From Nitrospirota bacterium (GTDB lineage Bacteria; Nitrospirota; JACRHJ01): DNA of 40,774 nucleotides. The notes beneath the pieces are model-generated. The model was not told where the DNA came from. It saw only the letters and a list, made by a program, of their open reading frames with translations, and made no database searches. The position numbers and the translations under genes were made by a program. The stretch is taken from positions 1 through 40,774 of the forward strand of contig CAVTDB010000018.1 in assembly GCA_963733375.1 (NCBI GenBank), in the 5' to 3' direction. Of this stretch, positions 8,295 through 20,167 are shown in pieces. How positions within the stretch are numbered: position 1 is the stretch's first letter; every line of letters begins with the position of its first letter.

Positions 8295-10379
8295 TCATGT
8301 TGCGTTGGCCGGACTTGTGGCGTCGCCTGAGTGCGCCTCGATGTTTTTATTCATACCCGGCTGTCTGCCGGTTATGATCTGCGACATATATGCCGATAAC
8401 AAGCCGCCCACGCCGTCTCCGCCCTGCACGAGGAGGTCAGGGGTTATCTTTATATTGCCCGCCGAAATCTGTTTGGCTATCTCTATGGAAGTAACAGCCT
8501 GCTGGCCGAGCGCCTTGTTCTGCAACTCGTATGCCTCGGCTGTGGATTTGCCGACAGCCAGTATCCTGGTCGCCTCCGCCTCGCCTTTCGCCTTTATCCC
8601 GGCTGCCTCGCCCTGGGCCTTCAACCTTATGCTTTCCCCTTCGCCTTCCGCGTTCTTTATGGCCATCTGTTTGTTCTGCTCGGCCACCTTGACGCCTATC
8701 TCGGCCGTGACGAGCGCGGTCTGCTGGTTGGCCTCTGCCCGGGTCTTCTCGGTAGCTATGCGCGTCTGCTCGGCCTGTTGCTCCGCCTCGTACATTGCGC
8801 GCTGCTGCTCGGCTATTATCTTCTTGGTTTGCGTGTCCATGAGTTCCTGCGGCAGGTTTATCTGGCATATCAGAACGGACACGCACTCCACGTGGTACTT
8901 CGCAAGCTCCAGTTTGGTGCGTTCCTCGGCCTTCCTCTGCTCCTCCTGGCGGTCCTGCATGAAGTTCATCGCGGATGTGGAAGATGCCTGGTTGCGGAAA
9001 CTCGAATCTATCATAGGATGTATGACATGCAGTATCAGGTTGTCAATCGAGCCTATTTTTGAGACCATGTACGGCGCCTGGTCCGGACGGACCCTGACCA
9101 CCACTTTGACCGAGACGTCTATCGGGAACCCGTCTTTCGATATTACCTTTAGTGGGTCGAACCGGGTCTCTTGCGAGTTGTCCCAGTCTATGGTGATGTT
9201 GGTGGTGTCCAGGATGTAGGCTATATAGGCCCGCCTGTTCAAGTAGTACCGCCCGGGGCCGGCCACCTCCTGCTGTATGCCCCGGAATCCCTTGGGCACC
9301 ACATAGCGCTCAAAGCCCTTGCGAAGACGGGTCTCAATCTTCTCCGCGGTCTCATCGCTTATCTGCTCGTCTTCTACCCGTATTTCAGCCGTTTCCGCTA
9401 TCGCGGTCGGCTCCGCCCCAACGTTCGATACCAAGACCGCGACCTGCCCCCGCTCTATCACCGCAACGTCATCAAGCTCTATTTTGAACATCAGCGGGTT
9501 TATGTAATAGGTGCCTGGTCTCAGCACATCGTACTGCGGGCCCCTCTCGCCTCCCTCGGCCAGGAAACTCGACGCGTCCTGATAGTCGTTATGGTTTTGC
9601 ACAGACTTCGCCACGTACTCGCTTTCAGGCAGGGGGTCGCCGTCAAGGGCGGTTACAAGCCCGACCTTGTTGGCGGGTATTACGGTGGCGTCGTAGACCT
9701 CGACCTTGAAGAGGGCGGTGTTTATTCGGTAAGTGCCGGGCAGAAGGATGTCTATCTGCGGGCCTTTCTGCCCCTGGTTGTTCAGGAAGGCCTGGCCGTC
9801 CTCGAATTTCGAGTGCCCTTCGACATGCTTGGCGAGCAGCCTGCCCGCCGGCATGGGCTGCCCGTCCATCGAGGTCACCAGCCCTACCTTACCCTGGTCT
9901 ATAATTATCGCGTTGCCCTTTATCATTCTGAAAAGGACGGGGTTGATCCTGTAAGTGCCGGGAGGCAGTATCTGTATTTGCGGCCCCTTCTCGCCTCCGT
10001 TGGCAAGAAAGGCTTCCCCGTCCTGAAACGAGTTATGCCCCTCAACCACCCTGGCGAATATCTTTCCCGGAGGCACGGGGTTGCCGTCGATTGACTCCAT
10101 CAGCCCTACCTCCAACTCGCCGATGGATGTAAACGGGTACTTCGTCGCGTGGTACAGGAAAGGGATAAGGATATGAAGTCCCGGCCCCAGGGTCATCGCC
10201 TGGATGCCCACCTCGCCTTCCATGGCCACGACGCGCCCCTGCGGCATGCCCCGTCCGATGTACTTCCTCTCCAGGACCACAAGTTCCCTGCCGCCGACAA
10301 TGACAACGGACATATAAATCAGGAATAATACCGCAAGACCGATTATTGCGAAAACTGCGTATACAAAGTACGCTTCCAT
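8295..10379 (-). CDS. SPFH/band-7 (flotillin-like) membrane protein with N-terminal 74-aa repeats
   Basis: N-terminal TM helix, repeated GxKGPQ..L.PGTY.IN units, SPFH core (SKDGFPIDVSV), C-terminal AEA-rich coiled coil. Confidence 0.88.
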   Translation of the reverse strand: MEAYFVYAVFAIIGLAVLFLIYMSVVIVGGRELVVLERKYIGRGMPQGRVVAMEGEVGIQAMTLGPGLHILIPFLYHATKYPFTSIGELEVGLMESIDGNPVPPGKIFARVVEGHNSFQDGEAFLANGGEKGPQIQILPPGTYRINPVLFRMIKGNAIIIDQGKVGLVTSMDGQPMPAGRLLAKHVEGHSKFEDGQAFLNNQGQKGPQIDILLPGTYRINTALFKVEVYDATVIPANKVGLVTALDGDPLPESEYVAKSVQNHNDYQDASSFLAEGGERGPQYDVLRPGTYYINPLMFKIELDDVAVIERGQVAVLVSNVGAEPTAIAETAEIRVEDEQISDETAEKIETRLRKGFERYVVPKGFRGIQQEVAGPGRYYLNRRAYIAYILDTTNITIDWDNSQETRFDPLKVISKDGFPIDVSVKVVVRVRPDQAPYMVSKIGSIDNLILHVIHPMIDSSFRNQASSTSAMNFMQDRQEEQRKAEERTKLELAKYHVECVSVLICQINLPQELMDTQTKKIIAEQQRAMYEAEQQAEQTRIATEKTRAEANQQTALVTAEIGVKVAEQNKQMAIKNAEGEGESIRLKAQGEAAGIKAKGEAEATRILAVGKSTAEAYELQNKALGQQAVTSIEIAKQISAGNIKITPDLLVQGGDGVGGLLSAYMSQIITGRQPGMNKNIEAHSGDATSPANAT

Positions 10380-10610
10380 ATTTATCCCCTTTTACCGGTC
10401 CCGATGGCCAAAAAAACTTCTCTTTGGTATAATCCGGTTCTTGACAGTGCAAGACTACATCAAGTTACGGTAACGGTCAACAATAATTACTTATTTCAAG
10501 GGGCAAGCCTCAAGGCGTATCCTCGCGGTTTTGGCTCCATGCAGCGCAAATTCCCCGCGCTTAATGAATTCCTTAATCGTCCGCGATGAGTATTTTCGGC
10601 AGGTTCTTGC

Positions 10611-13281
10611 TTAAGACGCCTTTGGTCCTTTTTCGGATAGAGGAAGGACGACCGTAAACTTCGCGCCGCCGCCCTTGCCGTTCTCCGCGCGTATCAGCCC
10701 GCCATGCGCTTCCACTATCCCCTTGCAGATGGCAAGCCCGAGCCCGGTGCCGCTGACGCCTTCAGGCCGATGGACGCGGTAGAACTTATCGAAAACCTTT
10801 TGCAAGTCTTCCTCGGGTATTCCGGGCCCATGGTCGGCCACGGCAATCTCCAGCATATCCCCTTTTATTTTCGCAGTCAATTCTATCGCGGAATCTGCCG
10901 GAGAGTATTTCAGGGCGTTGTCCAGGAGGTTGACGAGCACCTGCGTCATGAGCACGAAATCCATCGGGACGAATGGAAGGTTTCCAGGAATATTAACGTT
11001 TACCCTGGCGCTTGTCAGAAGCCCAAGGGCGGAAAGGGTTGAGCTGGCCAAGTCCTGAACGTCGTTCAGCTCCTTGTTGACCTTCAGCGCGCCGGATTCG
11101 ATACGGGTCATGTCGAGCAGGTTCCTGACAAAGCGGTTAAGGCGGCCCGCTTCCGCAAGGGCGTTATCGATAAGCTCGACTTTAGCGTCAAGGTTCAGGC
11201 GGCTCCCTTCCTCTTTCAGGCTGCTCAGGGCGCCGGTAATAGAGGCAAGGGGCGTGCGCAGGTCGTGGGATATCGAATTCAGCAAGGACCTCTCCAACTG
11301 CTCGGTAGCCTGCGCGACCTGTTCCTGTCCGGCTTCCTGGACCATCTTTCCGCGCTCTATGGCGACCGCGGCCTGGTTGGCGAATGCTTCGAGTATCTGA
11401 CGCCTGTCATGGGACAGACTGCCCGCTCCAGGGTCTATCCCTATAACTCCGGCCACATTGCCTGCCGCCAGTAAAGGCACATAAAGCATATTGGAAGACC
11501 TTAACGTATCCGTGAACCGGCCTGCGGCCTGCCGGTGTTCGAATACCCAAAGCGCCACGGACTTCTCGTTCTCGTCCAACACCACTCCGGGGCTTGACGC
11601 CTTTACGTCCAGCCGCCCTTTTTCGGGGGTCAGGATTGCCGTCTTGGCATTCAGGTTGCTGCTCACGTGCTGGATCATTATAGCAAGGATTTTTTCAAGG
11701 CCTGTTGCGGCGGCCAAATCACGGCTCAAGGCATAGATGTTGGCTGTCTGCGCCTCCCGGACGCGAAGCGCTTCAGCTTGATTTCTTGCCCTCGAAACCA
11801 GGGTGCTTATGACGGCGCCAACAATCAAGAGCACCGCGAAGGTTATGAAATACTCGGTGTCCGTCACTGCGAAGGTGAGGTGCGGAGGCACGAAAAAGAA
11901 GTCAAAGGCCAATACACCGACGAGGGCCGTCGCCAGGGACGGACCAAGACCGTAACGCAGCGCCGCGAGCACTACGGCCAGCAGGTACAGCATCACGAGG
12001 TTCGTCGGAGAAAGGAACCGGCTTGTAACCTCTCCTATAAGGGTAGCGGCCGCTACAAGCGCGAGGCTTTTTAGCGTAGTCTTGCCAGGACCCCGCTACT
12101 TGCGGCATTCCTCTAACGGCTTTTTTGCTTTTTCCGGCGGGGGAGGCGCTGACCACATACACGTCTATCGGCCCGCTTTGGCGTATGACCTTGTCCACCA
12201 CCGCGCCCTTTAAAATCTCCTGCCACCTGGGCCGTATAGGCCTGCCCATTACTATCTTGGTCACATTATGCTTTTTCGCGTACTCGATGACCTCGTCAGC
12301 CACCTGTGTACCGGTAAGGGTCGCTGTCTTCCCGCCTATGCTCTCCGCAAGCCTTAAATAGTGCCATACCTTTTCGCGGTTCTCCTGGAGGAACCTGTCG
12401 CTTCCCGGCGTCTCCACGTAAACCGCGACCCAGTCGGCCTTGAGTTCGTCGGCGAGCCGGCGCGTCCTGCGGATCAGCTTTTCGGAAAAGGGACTGCCGC
12501 TTAAAAGGACAAGGAGCCTCTCCTTCGCGGGCCAGGGGCCGGGAATCGACAGGGTCTCCATGTAGGCCCGCATCTGCTCGTCCACGCGGTCCGCCGTCCG
12601 CCGGAGCGATATCTCGCGAAGCGCCGTCAGGTTCCCCTTTTTGAAGAACTTGTCGATCGCCCTCGCCGCCTGCTCCGGGACATAGACCTTCCCCTCCCTG
12701 AGACGCTGAAGGAGGTCTTCGGGCGGGATGTCCACGAGCTCGATCTCGGAGGCCTCGTCAAGCATACGGTCCGGGACGGTCTCCCTGACGACGACCTCGG
12801 TTATCTGGGCCACGACATCGTTCAGGCTCTCCAGGTGCTGGACGTTCAAAGTGGTATAGACGTCAATACCCACGGATAGAAGTTCTTCCACGTCCTGGTA
12901 ACGTCTTAAATGGCGGGACCCGGGGGCGTTGGTATGGGCAAGCTCGTCAACCAGGGCTATCTTGGGCTTTCTGGCAAGTACGGCATCCGTATCAAGCTCT
13001 TGAAGGGTAACGCTTTTGTATTCTATCTGCCTCCTCGGGATTATCTCAAGGCCCTCAAGCAGGGCCTCCGTCTCGGCCCTGCGGTGGGTCTCGATATATG
13101 CGACGACAACGTCTATCCCTTCGGCCTTCCGTCGGCGGGCGGCCTCAAGCATGGCGTAAGTCTTCCCCACGCCGGCGGCGTAGCCGAAGAATATCTTCAG
13201 CTTTCCCCTCTCTTTGCCTTGCTCCTCCGCTTCGACCCGTGCCAGGAGGGCGTCAGGGTCCGGACGCGGTTTCTCAGTCAT
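10611..13281 (-). CDS. kdpD: Sensor histidine kinase KdpD (one frameshift at ~12070)
   Basis: GKLKIFFGYAAGVGKTYAML, LVDELAHTN, Usp domain, four TM helices, GAF, H-box SHDLRTPL, GTGLGLAI. An extra A in the A run at 12068-12072 splits the ORF. Confidence 0.95.
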
Positions 13282-13297
13282 CCGTACACCTCATAGA

Positions 13298-14047
13298 CTA
13301 TGGAATATTTATATCCAGCTGAGTCGTGAAGGTCGGCTGGCCGCCGGTGGCCTTCCTGGCGTAGATGTCGTAGCCGAGTATAACGGAGACGTTCTTGGAG
13401 AACGCCCACGATACGCCGAAGCTGGTCGCGCCGAAGAGGTTGTCGCCGCCCTGATAGTCCACCGCCATCCAGAGCTTGTCGGATATCTCGGTCATGGTGC
13501 GGTCCCAGGAGAGCAGGACGCCGTTATTGTCATGATTGCCGTTCTGGTCCGTCAATAAAGCGGCGTTGCCGATGTACCAGCCGGCGGAGAGCCTGCCCAC
13601 TACCGGGAACGTCCTCGCGGCAAGCGCATAAGTTATCGCGTAGTTCGTCTTGCTGCTGTACCCCAGGTCATAAGAGCCTACCGCCAGTGCGGGCGACCAC
13701 TTGAACATCGAGTCCTCAGGCGTGCCGAGCTTGGCGTTGAAGAATATCGGCCTGTCGTCGGCGGCGGCGCTTAAGCCGCGGATGTAATCGATGCCTACCT
13801 CCATCTGCACCTTCTGGAACGGGAGGACGCCTACCTCCGGACCGAGGTCATAAGCAATAGGCGCGTACGTGCCGTCCGGGTTTTTCTGGACCCTGATGTA
13901 ATCGTCGATTCCCAGATGCACCGTCCCGAACGGCTGTATGTCCGTTGAGGGAATCCATATCTGGGTGGAGGGAGTGGCGAAAGCCGTCCCGGTTAAAGCA
14001 GCCATTAACACCCCCGCCAGCATGATACCGAAAACCGTTCTTTTCAT
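13298..14047 (-). CDS. Exported protein, probable outer-membrane beta-barrel
   Basis: Signal peptide (AFA|TPSTQIWIPSTD), alternating amphipathic beta strands rich in aromatics, C-terminal FTTQLDINIP. Confidence 0.65.
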   Translation of the reverse strand: MKRTVFGIMLAGVLMAALTGTAFATPSTQIWIPSTDIQPFGTVHLGIDDYIRVQKNPDGTYAPIAYDLGPEVGVLPFQKVQMEVGIDYIRGLSAAADDRPIFFNAKLGTPEDSMFKWSPALAVGSYDLGYSSKTNYAITYALAARTFPVVGRLSAGWYIGNAALLTDQNGNHDNNGVLLSWDRTMTEISDKLWMAVDYQGGDNLFGATSFGVSWAFSKNVSVILGYDIYARKATGGQPTFTTQLDINIP

Positions 14048-14121
14048 TTAGTGTCTCCTTTTGTCAATATTGCACGTAGTATTCGAATAAGTCCCGAAAG
14101 CTGTGGCGCCCCGTACATAAT

Positions 14122-14415
<294 letters not shown>

Positions 14416-14449
14416 TTATAACCTGAGAGATTCGAGTTAATCTCTTAAG

Positions 14450-15025
14450 CTATTTCGGCTCTCCGTACATATTGTTAAGTTCGAGGTTAAGCTTCAGCAC
14501 GTTGACATGCTCTTCCCCGAGCAGGCCGAGCCACCTTCCGCCGGTATTTCCTGCAACAAGTTCTTTCACCTTGTCTTCCGATATGCCCCTTAGCCTCGCG
14601 ACGCGCGGGACCTGATACATCGCCGCGGCAGGGCTTATGTGGGGGTCGAGCCCGCTGCCGGACGCAGTCAACAGATCAACAGGGATGGGCGAACTGTTGC
14701 CGGGGTCCGCCGCCAGCAGGGCCGCCGCTCTAGCCTTTACGGCGTCCGCGAGCGCGGGGTTTGTCGGGCCAAGGTTCGAGCCGCCGGAGGACATCGCGTT
14801 ATCCGGGAAGCTTGAGGTCGCGGAAGGGCGGCCCCAGAAGTATTTCGGGTCGGAAAAGGCCTGACCTATAAGCTCGGAACCGACAGGCTTTCCGTCCTTG
14901 TAGATGATGCTGCCGTTCGCCTTCGACGGGAAGGCCAATTGCGCGACTGCCGTAATCACGGAAGGATATACAAGCCCGGTCAGCACGCTGAGCAGGGCGA
15001 ATATAACTATTGCGGGTCTGAACAT
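14450..15025 (-). CDS. kdpC: K+-transporting ATPase subunit C
   Basis: [50 protein letters not shown]. Start reassigned to ATG 15025 after a GAGGTG RBS. Confidence 0.95.
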   Translation of the reverse strand: MFRPAIVIFALLSVLTGLVYPSVITAVAQLAFPSKANGSIIYKDGKPVGSELIGQAFSDPKYFWGRPSATSSFPDNAMSSGGSNLGPTNPALADAVKARAAALLAADPGNSSPIPVDLLTASGSGLDPHISPAAAMYQVPRVARLRGISEDKVKELVAGNTGGRWLGLLGEEHVNVLKLNLELNNMYGEPK

Positions 15026-15041
15026 AATCACCTCTCTTAAT

Positions 15042-15124
15042 TCCCGCCTTTTTGTAAAAAGGCGGCCCAAAAACTTTTATAACGTTCTTTTGTGTTACTT
15101 TTCTTTCACCCGAAAGAAAAGAAC
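15042..15124. repeat. REP/BIME-like intergenic element (hairpin A + hairpin B)
   Basis: CCGCCTTTTTGTAAAAAGGCGG-CCCAAAAACTTTT followed by GTTACTTTTCTTTC-N5-GAAAGAAAAGAAC. Related copies at 17250, 21878 and 27693. Confidence 0.85.
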
Positions 15125-15139
15125 GGCTTTAAACCAGCC

Positions 15140-17231
15140 CTATCGCCGAAGCGCCATATCTATCAACTTTATCCCGATAAATGGCGCAATGATTCCACCG
15201 ACGCCATATATCAGGAGGTTATTCCTGAGAAGGAGCGCGGCGGAAAGAGGCCTGTATTTGACGCCTTTAAGCGCCACCGGGATCAATAACACGATGATAA
15301 TCGCGTTAAATATCACCGCCGATAGTATGGCCGCCTTCAGGTGCATGAAGTTCAGCACACCCAGGGCGGGATACGTGGAGGCAAACGCCGCCGGGATTAT
15401 TGCGAAATATTTCGCTACGTCGTTTGCAATACTGAAGGTAGTCAGCGACCCCCGCGTCATAAGCAGCTGTTTGCCTATCTCGACTATCTCGATGAGCTTA
15501 GTCGGATTGCTGTCCAGGTCAATCATGTTGGCGGCTTCACGCGCGGGCTGGGTGCCGGTGTTCATCGCGACGGCCACGTCCGCCTGGGCGAGCGCCGGGC
15601 GCGTCGTTCGTGCCGTCTCCAGTCATCGCCACAAGCCTTCCGCCCGCCTGGTATTCACGGATGAGCTTCAGCTTCGCCTCGGGAGTGGCCTGCGCAAGGA
15701 AATCGTCCACCCCCGCCTCTGCCGCGATTGCGGCGGCGGTGACCCGGTTATCGCCGGTTATCATTACGGTCTTGATGCCCATGCGGCTCATTTCGGCGAA
15801 CCGCTCCTTGATGCCGCCCTTGACCACGTCCTTCAGGTGTATTACGCCGACCGCTTTGCCGTTTTTTGCAACCATGAGCGGTGTGCCGCCCGTGCGCGCT
15901 ATCGTGTCTACGGCGGCATGAACGTCCTGTGGGACGCTGTTGCCGTGGCCCTCCACATAAGAGATTATCGCGTCGGGAGCGCCCTTCCTGATGATGAGTT
16001 CGTTCGGGCCATGCACGTCCACGCCGCTCATCCTGGTCTGCGCGGTAAAGGGCATGAAGTGCATGGCGTGGTCGCCGGAGGCATGCACCGTTTCTCCCCG
16101 GATGCCGTACTTATCCTTCGCGAGCACCACTATGCTCCTGCCTTCGGGGGTCTCGTCCGCGAGAGACGATAACTGTGCGGCCTCCGCCAGGTCGAAAGCT
16201 CCGACGTCGCCCGCCGGGATGAACTCCACCGCCTGGCGGTTGCCGAGCGTTATTGTGCCGGTCTTGTCGAGGAGCAGCACGTCCACATCGCCCGCCGCCT
16301 CGACGGCCCGGCCAGACGTCGCTATCACGTTCCTCCTGATCATTCTGTCCATCCCCGCTATGCCTATCGCGGAGAGCAGTCCGCCGATGGTCGTCGGTAT
16401 CAGGCAGACGAGGAGCGCGACTAAGACCGTGATGGTTATCGGCGTGCCGCTTCCGGCCGCCTTGACGCTGTAAAGCGAGTACGGAAGAAGCGTCGCGCAC
16501 ACCACGAGGAATATGATGGAGAACCCGGCGAGCAGGATGCCCAGGGCTATCTCGTTAGGGGTCTTCTGCCTCTTGGCCCCCTCCACAAGGCTTATCATGC
16601 GGTCTATGAAGCCTTCGCCCGGGTCCGCCGTGACCTTCACTATAATCCAGTCCGAAAGGACCGTCGTGCCCCCGGTGACCGCGCTCCTGTCCCCGCCCGA
16701 TTCGCGTATAACCGGGGCGCTCTCACCCGTGACGGCGCTCTCGTTCACCGAAGCCACGCCCTCTACTATCTCACCGTCGGAGGGTATCAGGTCGCCTGCC
16801 TCCACGAGGAAGATGTCCCCCTTCCTGAGTTCAACGGAAGATACGGAGGTCAAGCACCTGCCTTCGGGCCTGACTCCGTTGCCTACGCAGAAGCTCGTTT
16901 CAATCCTTTTCGCATGCGTCTCCTTCCGCATCTTCTTCAGAGACTCCGCCTGGGCCTTGCCCCTGCCTTCGGCCATCGCCTCGGCGAAGTTGGCGAACAG
17001 CACCGTGAACCAGAGCCAAAGCGTGATATTGCCGATGAACCAGGTCGGGGCTTCGCCGTGCCCCAGGAGCGCCTGCACCCACAGGGCGGTAGTCAATACG
17101 CTCCCGACCTCGACAACGAACATCACGGGGTTCTTTATCATCTTTCGCGGGTCGAGCTTATGGAACGAATCTATAACCGCCCGCCTGTACAGCCCGGAAT
17201 ATGCGGGGGCCTTCTTTTTTGCCTTGTCCAT
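15140..17231 (-). CDS. kdpB: K+-transporting ATPase subunit B (one frameshift at ~15598)
   Basis: TGES, DKTGTIT phosphorylation motif, [13 protein letters not shown]|[17 protein letters not shown]. Confidence 0.96.
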
Positions 17232-17249
17232 TTAATTGCTCCCTTAAGG

Positions 17250-17340
17250 TCCCGCCTTTTTGTAAAAAGGCGGCCCAAAAACTTTTAAACTGTCCGGCTT
17301 TCTTTTGGGTACCTTTTCTTTCACCTGAAAGAAAAGGTAC
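17250..17340. repeat. REP/BIME-like intergenic element (A+B)
   Basis: Hairpin A identical to the 15042 copy; hairpin B GTACCTTTTCTTTC-ACCT-GAAAGAAAAGGTAC. Confidence 0.85.
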
Positions 17341-17343
17341 GGT

Positions 17344-19080
17344 TTACATCATCAGATGCTCGACTATCGGCCCGAGCGCAAGCGCCGGGAAAAAGCTTAG
17401 CGCCGCCACCAGAAGTATCACCGAAACAAGCCAGCCGATAAAAAGCGGCGTATGCGTCGGCAGCGTGCCAGCGCTTACCGGCACCGTCTTCTTCTCGGCC
17501 AGGTTTCCGGCAATCGCCAGTATGGGGATTGCGGCCAGGAACCGGCAGAAGAACATTACTATGCCGCCCGCCGTATTATAAAAAGGCGTATTCGCGTTTA
17601 TCCCCGCGAACGCGCTCCCGTTATTCGCCCCTTGAGACGAGAACGCGTAGAGTATCTCGCTGTATCCATGCGGGCCCGGGTTGGCCACGCCCGCGACGCC
17701 CGCCGGGATGGCCACGGCTATCGCAGTAGCTACCAGGATGAAGAATATCGGGACAAGGGCGACGACCGAGGCCATCTTCATCTCGAACCCCTCGACCTTC
17801 TTGCCCAGATACTCCGGCGTCCTGCCGACCATAAGCCCGCCGACGAACACCGCTATAATCACGAAGACAAACATCCCGTAGAGCCCGGAGCCGACGCCGC
17901 CGTAAATGACCTCGCCGATGTGGAGGAGCAGGAGCGGCGCAAGCCCGGCAAGCGGCATGAAGGAGTCATGCATGGAGTTGACGGAGCCGTTCGAGGTCGC
18001 GGTCGTGGCGGTAGCCCAGAGCGCGGAGTTCGTGACGCCGAACCGGACTTCCTTTCCCTCCATGTTGTCGCCGGGCGAGACCTGGGCTTTGGCCGCAACC
18101 GTTCCGCGCGTCACCATCGGGTTAGGATGATGTTCGGCCCAGAGTTCGAAGGCGAGGAACGAGACGAAAATTATAGTCATCGCCGCGAGCACCGCCCAGC
18201 CCTGCCGCCTGTCTCCGACCATCACGCCGAAGGTATAGCACAGGGACGCGGATATTAAGGTTATCGCGAGCATCTCAAGGAAATTGGTGAGCGGGTTCGG
18301 GTTCTCGAACGGATGCGCCGAGTTGGCGTTGAAGTAACCCGCCGCCGTTCGTGCCGAGCTGTTTAATGGCGATCTGGGACGCGACGGGGCCAACGGCAAT
18401 ATCCTGCGTGCTGACAGCCTTCCCCTTGTCGTCCTTCGTGGCCTGGACCAGCGTTACGGTCTTCGTCTTGCTGAAGGTCTGCACCACGCCCTGCGAGGCC
18501 AGCACGATTGAAAAAACAATGGACAGGGGGATGAGTATATAGAGCGTGGTACGCACGAGGTCGGCCCAGAAGTTGCCCAACCCCTTTGTGCTGTGCCGCG
18601 CAAACCCTCTTATCAGCGCCACAAGCACGGCCATGCCCGTAGCCGCCGAAAGGAAGTTCTGCACCGTCATCCCCAGCATCTGCGTCAGGTAGCTCATGGT
18701 GCTCTCGCCGCCGTACCCCTGCCAGTTCGTGTTGGTGACGAAGCTCATGGCCGTATTGAACGACGAGTCGGGCGATACTGCGGCCATGCCTGCCGGGTTA
18801 AGGGGCAAGAAGGCCTGGACGCGCTGCAATCGCATATACCGGCAAGGAAGCCGAGCAGGTTGAAGACCAGCATCGCCTTGGCGTACCGCTTCCAGTCCAT
18901 TTCCTCTGCCGCTTTAACGCCCGCGAGCCTGTAGATAAACCTTTCTACCGGGCCGATGATGGGGTTCAGGAATGTCCGTTCCCCCTGATAGACTCTGGCC
19001 ATGTACCCGCCGAGGGGTTTTACAAGCGCAATCAGGACGGCGATGTACAGTATTACCTGTATCCAGTCATAGATATTCAT
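17344..19080 (-). CDS. kdpA: K+-transporting ATPase subunit A (frameshifts at ~18835 and ~18338)
   Basis: [24 protein letters not shown]|[32 protein letters not shown] motifs distributed over three ORF pieces. Confidence 0.95.
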
Positions 19081-19169
19081 CAGAACGACTCCTGCTTCAA
19101 TAGCGCGAACACAAGGTAGACCAGAAGCCCCAGGGCAACCAGCCCCGATATAATGTACAGCACGTTCAT
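19080..19169 (-). CDS. kdpF: K+-transporting ATPase subunit F (29 aa, not in the ORF track)
   Basis: MNVLYIISGLVALGLLVYLVFALLKQESF*; stop overlaps the kdpA ATG (TGATG); GAGGAGG upstream. Confidence 0.9.
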   Translation of the reverse strand: MNVLYIISGLVALGLLVYLVFALLKQESF

Positions 19170-19264
19170 TTCCCTATCCTCCTCAGGCTGTCGCAGACAT
19201 CAACAAACCAGATGCCGGACATAAATATGACCACAGTTACCGCAAGAAATATCAAGTCATTCAT
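19166..19264 (-). CDS. 32-aa single-TM peptide upstream of kdpF (not in the ORF track)
   Basis: MNDLIFLAVTVVIFMSGIWFVDVCDSLRRIGK*; GGGGG RBS; stop overlaps the kdpF start (ATGA). Confidence 0.7.
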   Translation of the reverse strand: MNDLIFLAVTVVIFMSGIWFVDVCDSLRRIGK

Positions 19265-19312
19265 AAGACCCCCAGTTTGTACGCCTACGCAGAACTGCTT
19301 TAATAATTAAAG

Positions 19313-19377
19313 AGTATAGCTTGCGCAATGTCAAAATGGTGTCAAAAGACCAGGAAAGGATGTCAAGATTTCATCAA
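19313..19377 (-). promoter_or_regulatory. kdp promoter with OmpR/PhoB-type direct repeats (candidate KdpE sites)
   Basis: Minus strand TATACT -10 (19313-19318). TTGACA at 19329-34, 19340-45 and 19361-66, TTGATG at 19372-77: two pairs with 11-bp periodicity, the nearest 10 bp upstream of the -10. Confidence 0.7.
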
Positions 19378-19576
19378 TTTTTGCGGTTCTTAACTGAAAA
19401 ATCGATTTAAGGGATACCTACAGAGGAACAGGTCCGAACAGTCAGAATACGTCTGCCGGCATTTGACATAAGTTCATCCTTGAAACCATAATTTCAAGTA
19501 TGGACGCAGGATTTGGCGCCGCGCCGAAGGAACGGGGAAACTATAGTTAGTCCCGACAAAACATTTGGAGGCTGCG

Positions 19577-20092
19577 ATGAGAATTTTCGTAGGTTTTATA
19601 ATTTACACCGTGGCCCTGGCCGCACTTGCATTAAGCTTTCCTTACTGGGGTGTTTTTGATGTAGCCGCCTCCGTCCCGCATTCGGCATTCGCCAGATGGT
19701 ATTTCAGCACCCTGACCGACCATTCCGTGGAACGGTACTCTTCCGGGATAAAGCTCCCATCAGAGTATTTTTCGGCATCGCCCGTCGAAGGCTTCAAGAA
19801 GTATGATGAAATGTGCGTCCCGTGCCACGGCGCGCCCGGCATCAACAAAAGCGATACGGCAAAAGGCATGATCCCCGAGCCGCCGGACCTCGGCAAGTCG
19901 GTCAAGGACCTGAAGCCGGAGGAGGTATTCTGGATAATCAAAAACGGGATCAAGATGACGGCGATGCCGTCATTCGGGAAGAGCCGTAACGATAAAGATA
20001 TCTGGGAGCTGGCCGCATTTGTAAAGAAGCTGCCGGAGATTTCTCCCGAAGTTTACTCTCAGCTTAAAGAAAAATACGGCCGCGAGAAATGA
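19577..20092 (+). CDS. Monoheme c-type cytochrome with N-terminal membrane anchor
   Basis: CVPCHG heme motif, P.PPDL, IKNGIKMTAMPSF; ATG 19577 follows GGAGG. Confidence 0.88.
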   Translation: MRIFVGFIIYTVALAALALSFPYWGVFDVAASVPHSAFARWYFSTLTDHSVERYSSGIKLPSEYFSASPVEGFKKYDEMCVPCHGAPGINKSDTAKGMIPEPPDLGKSVKDLKPEEVFWIIKNGIKMTAMPSFGKSRNDKDIWELAAFVKKLPEISPEVYSQLKEKYGREK

Positions 20093-20134
20093 GGACGCCG
20101 CCGGCAGGTCGGCGGCAGGCGTTTTCAGACCTAT

Positions 20135-20162
20135 TTGACATTTTGAGATGATGCGCTATACT
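20135..20162 (+). promoter_or_regulatory. Near-consensus sigma70 promoter with no convincing downstream CDS
   Basis: TTGACA (20135-40), 16 bp, TATACT (20157-62). Confidence 0.65.
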
Positions 20163-20167
20163 TAATA

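Noticed and set aside
10611-13281. Naturally split KdpD (separate sensor and kinase)
   Set aside because: The break lies in an A homopolymer and removing one base restores a continuous reading frame into the TM region. Same error pattern as elsewhere.
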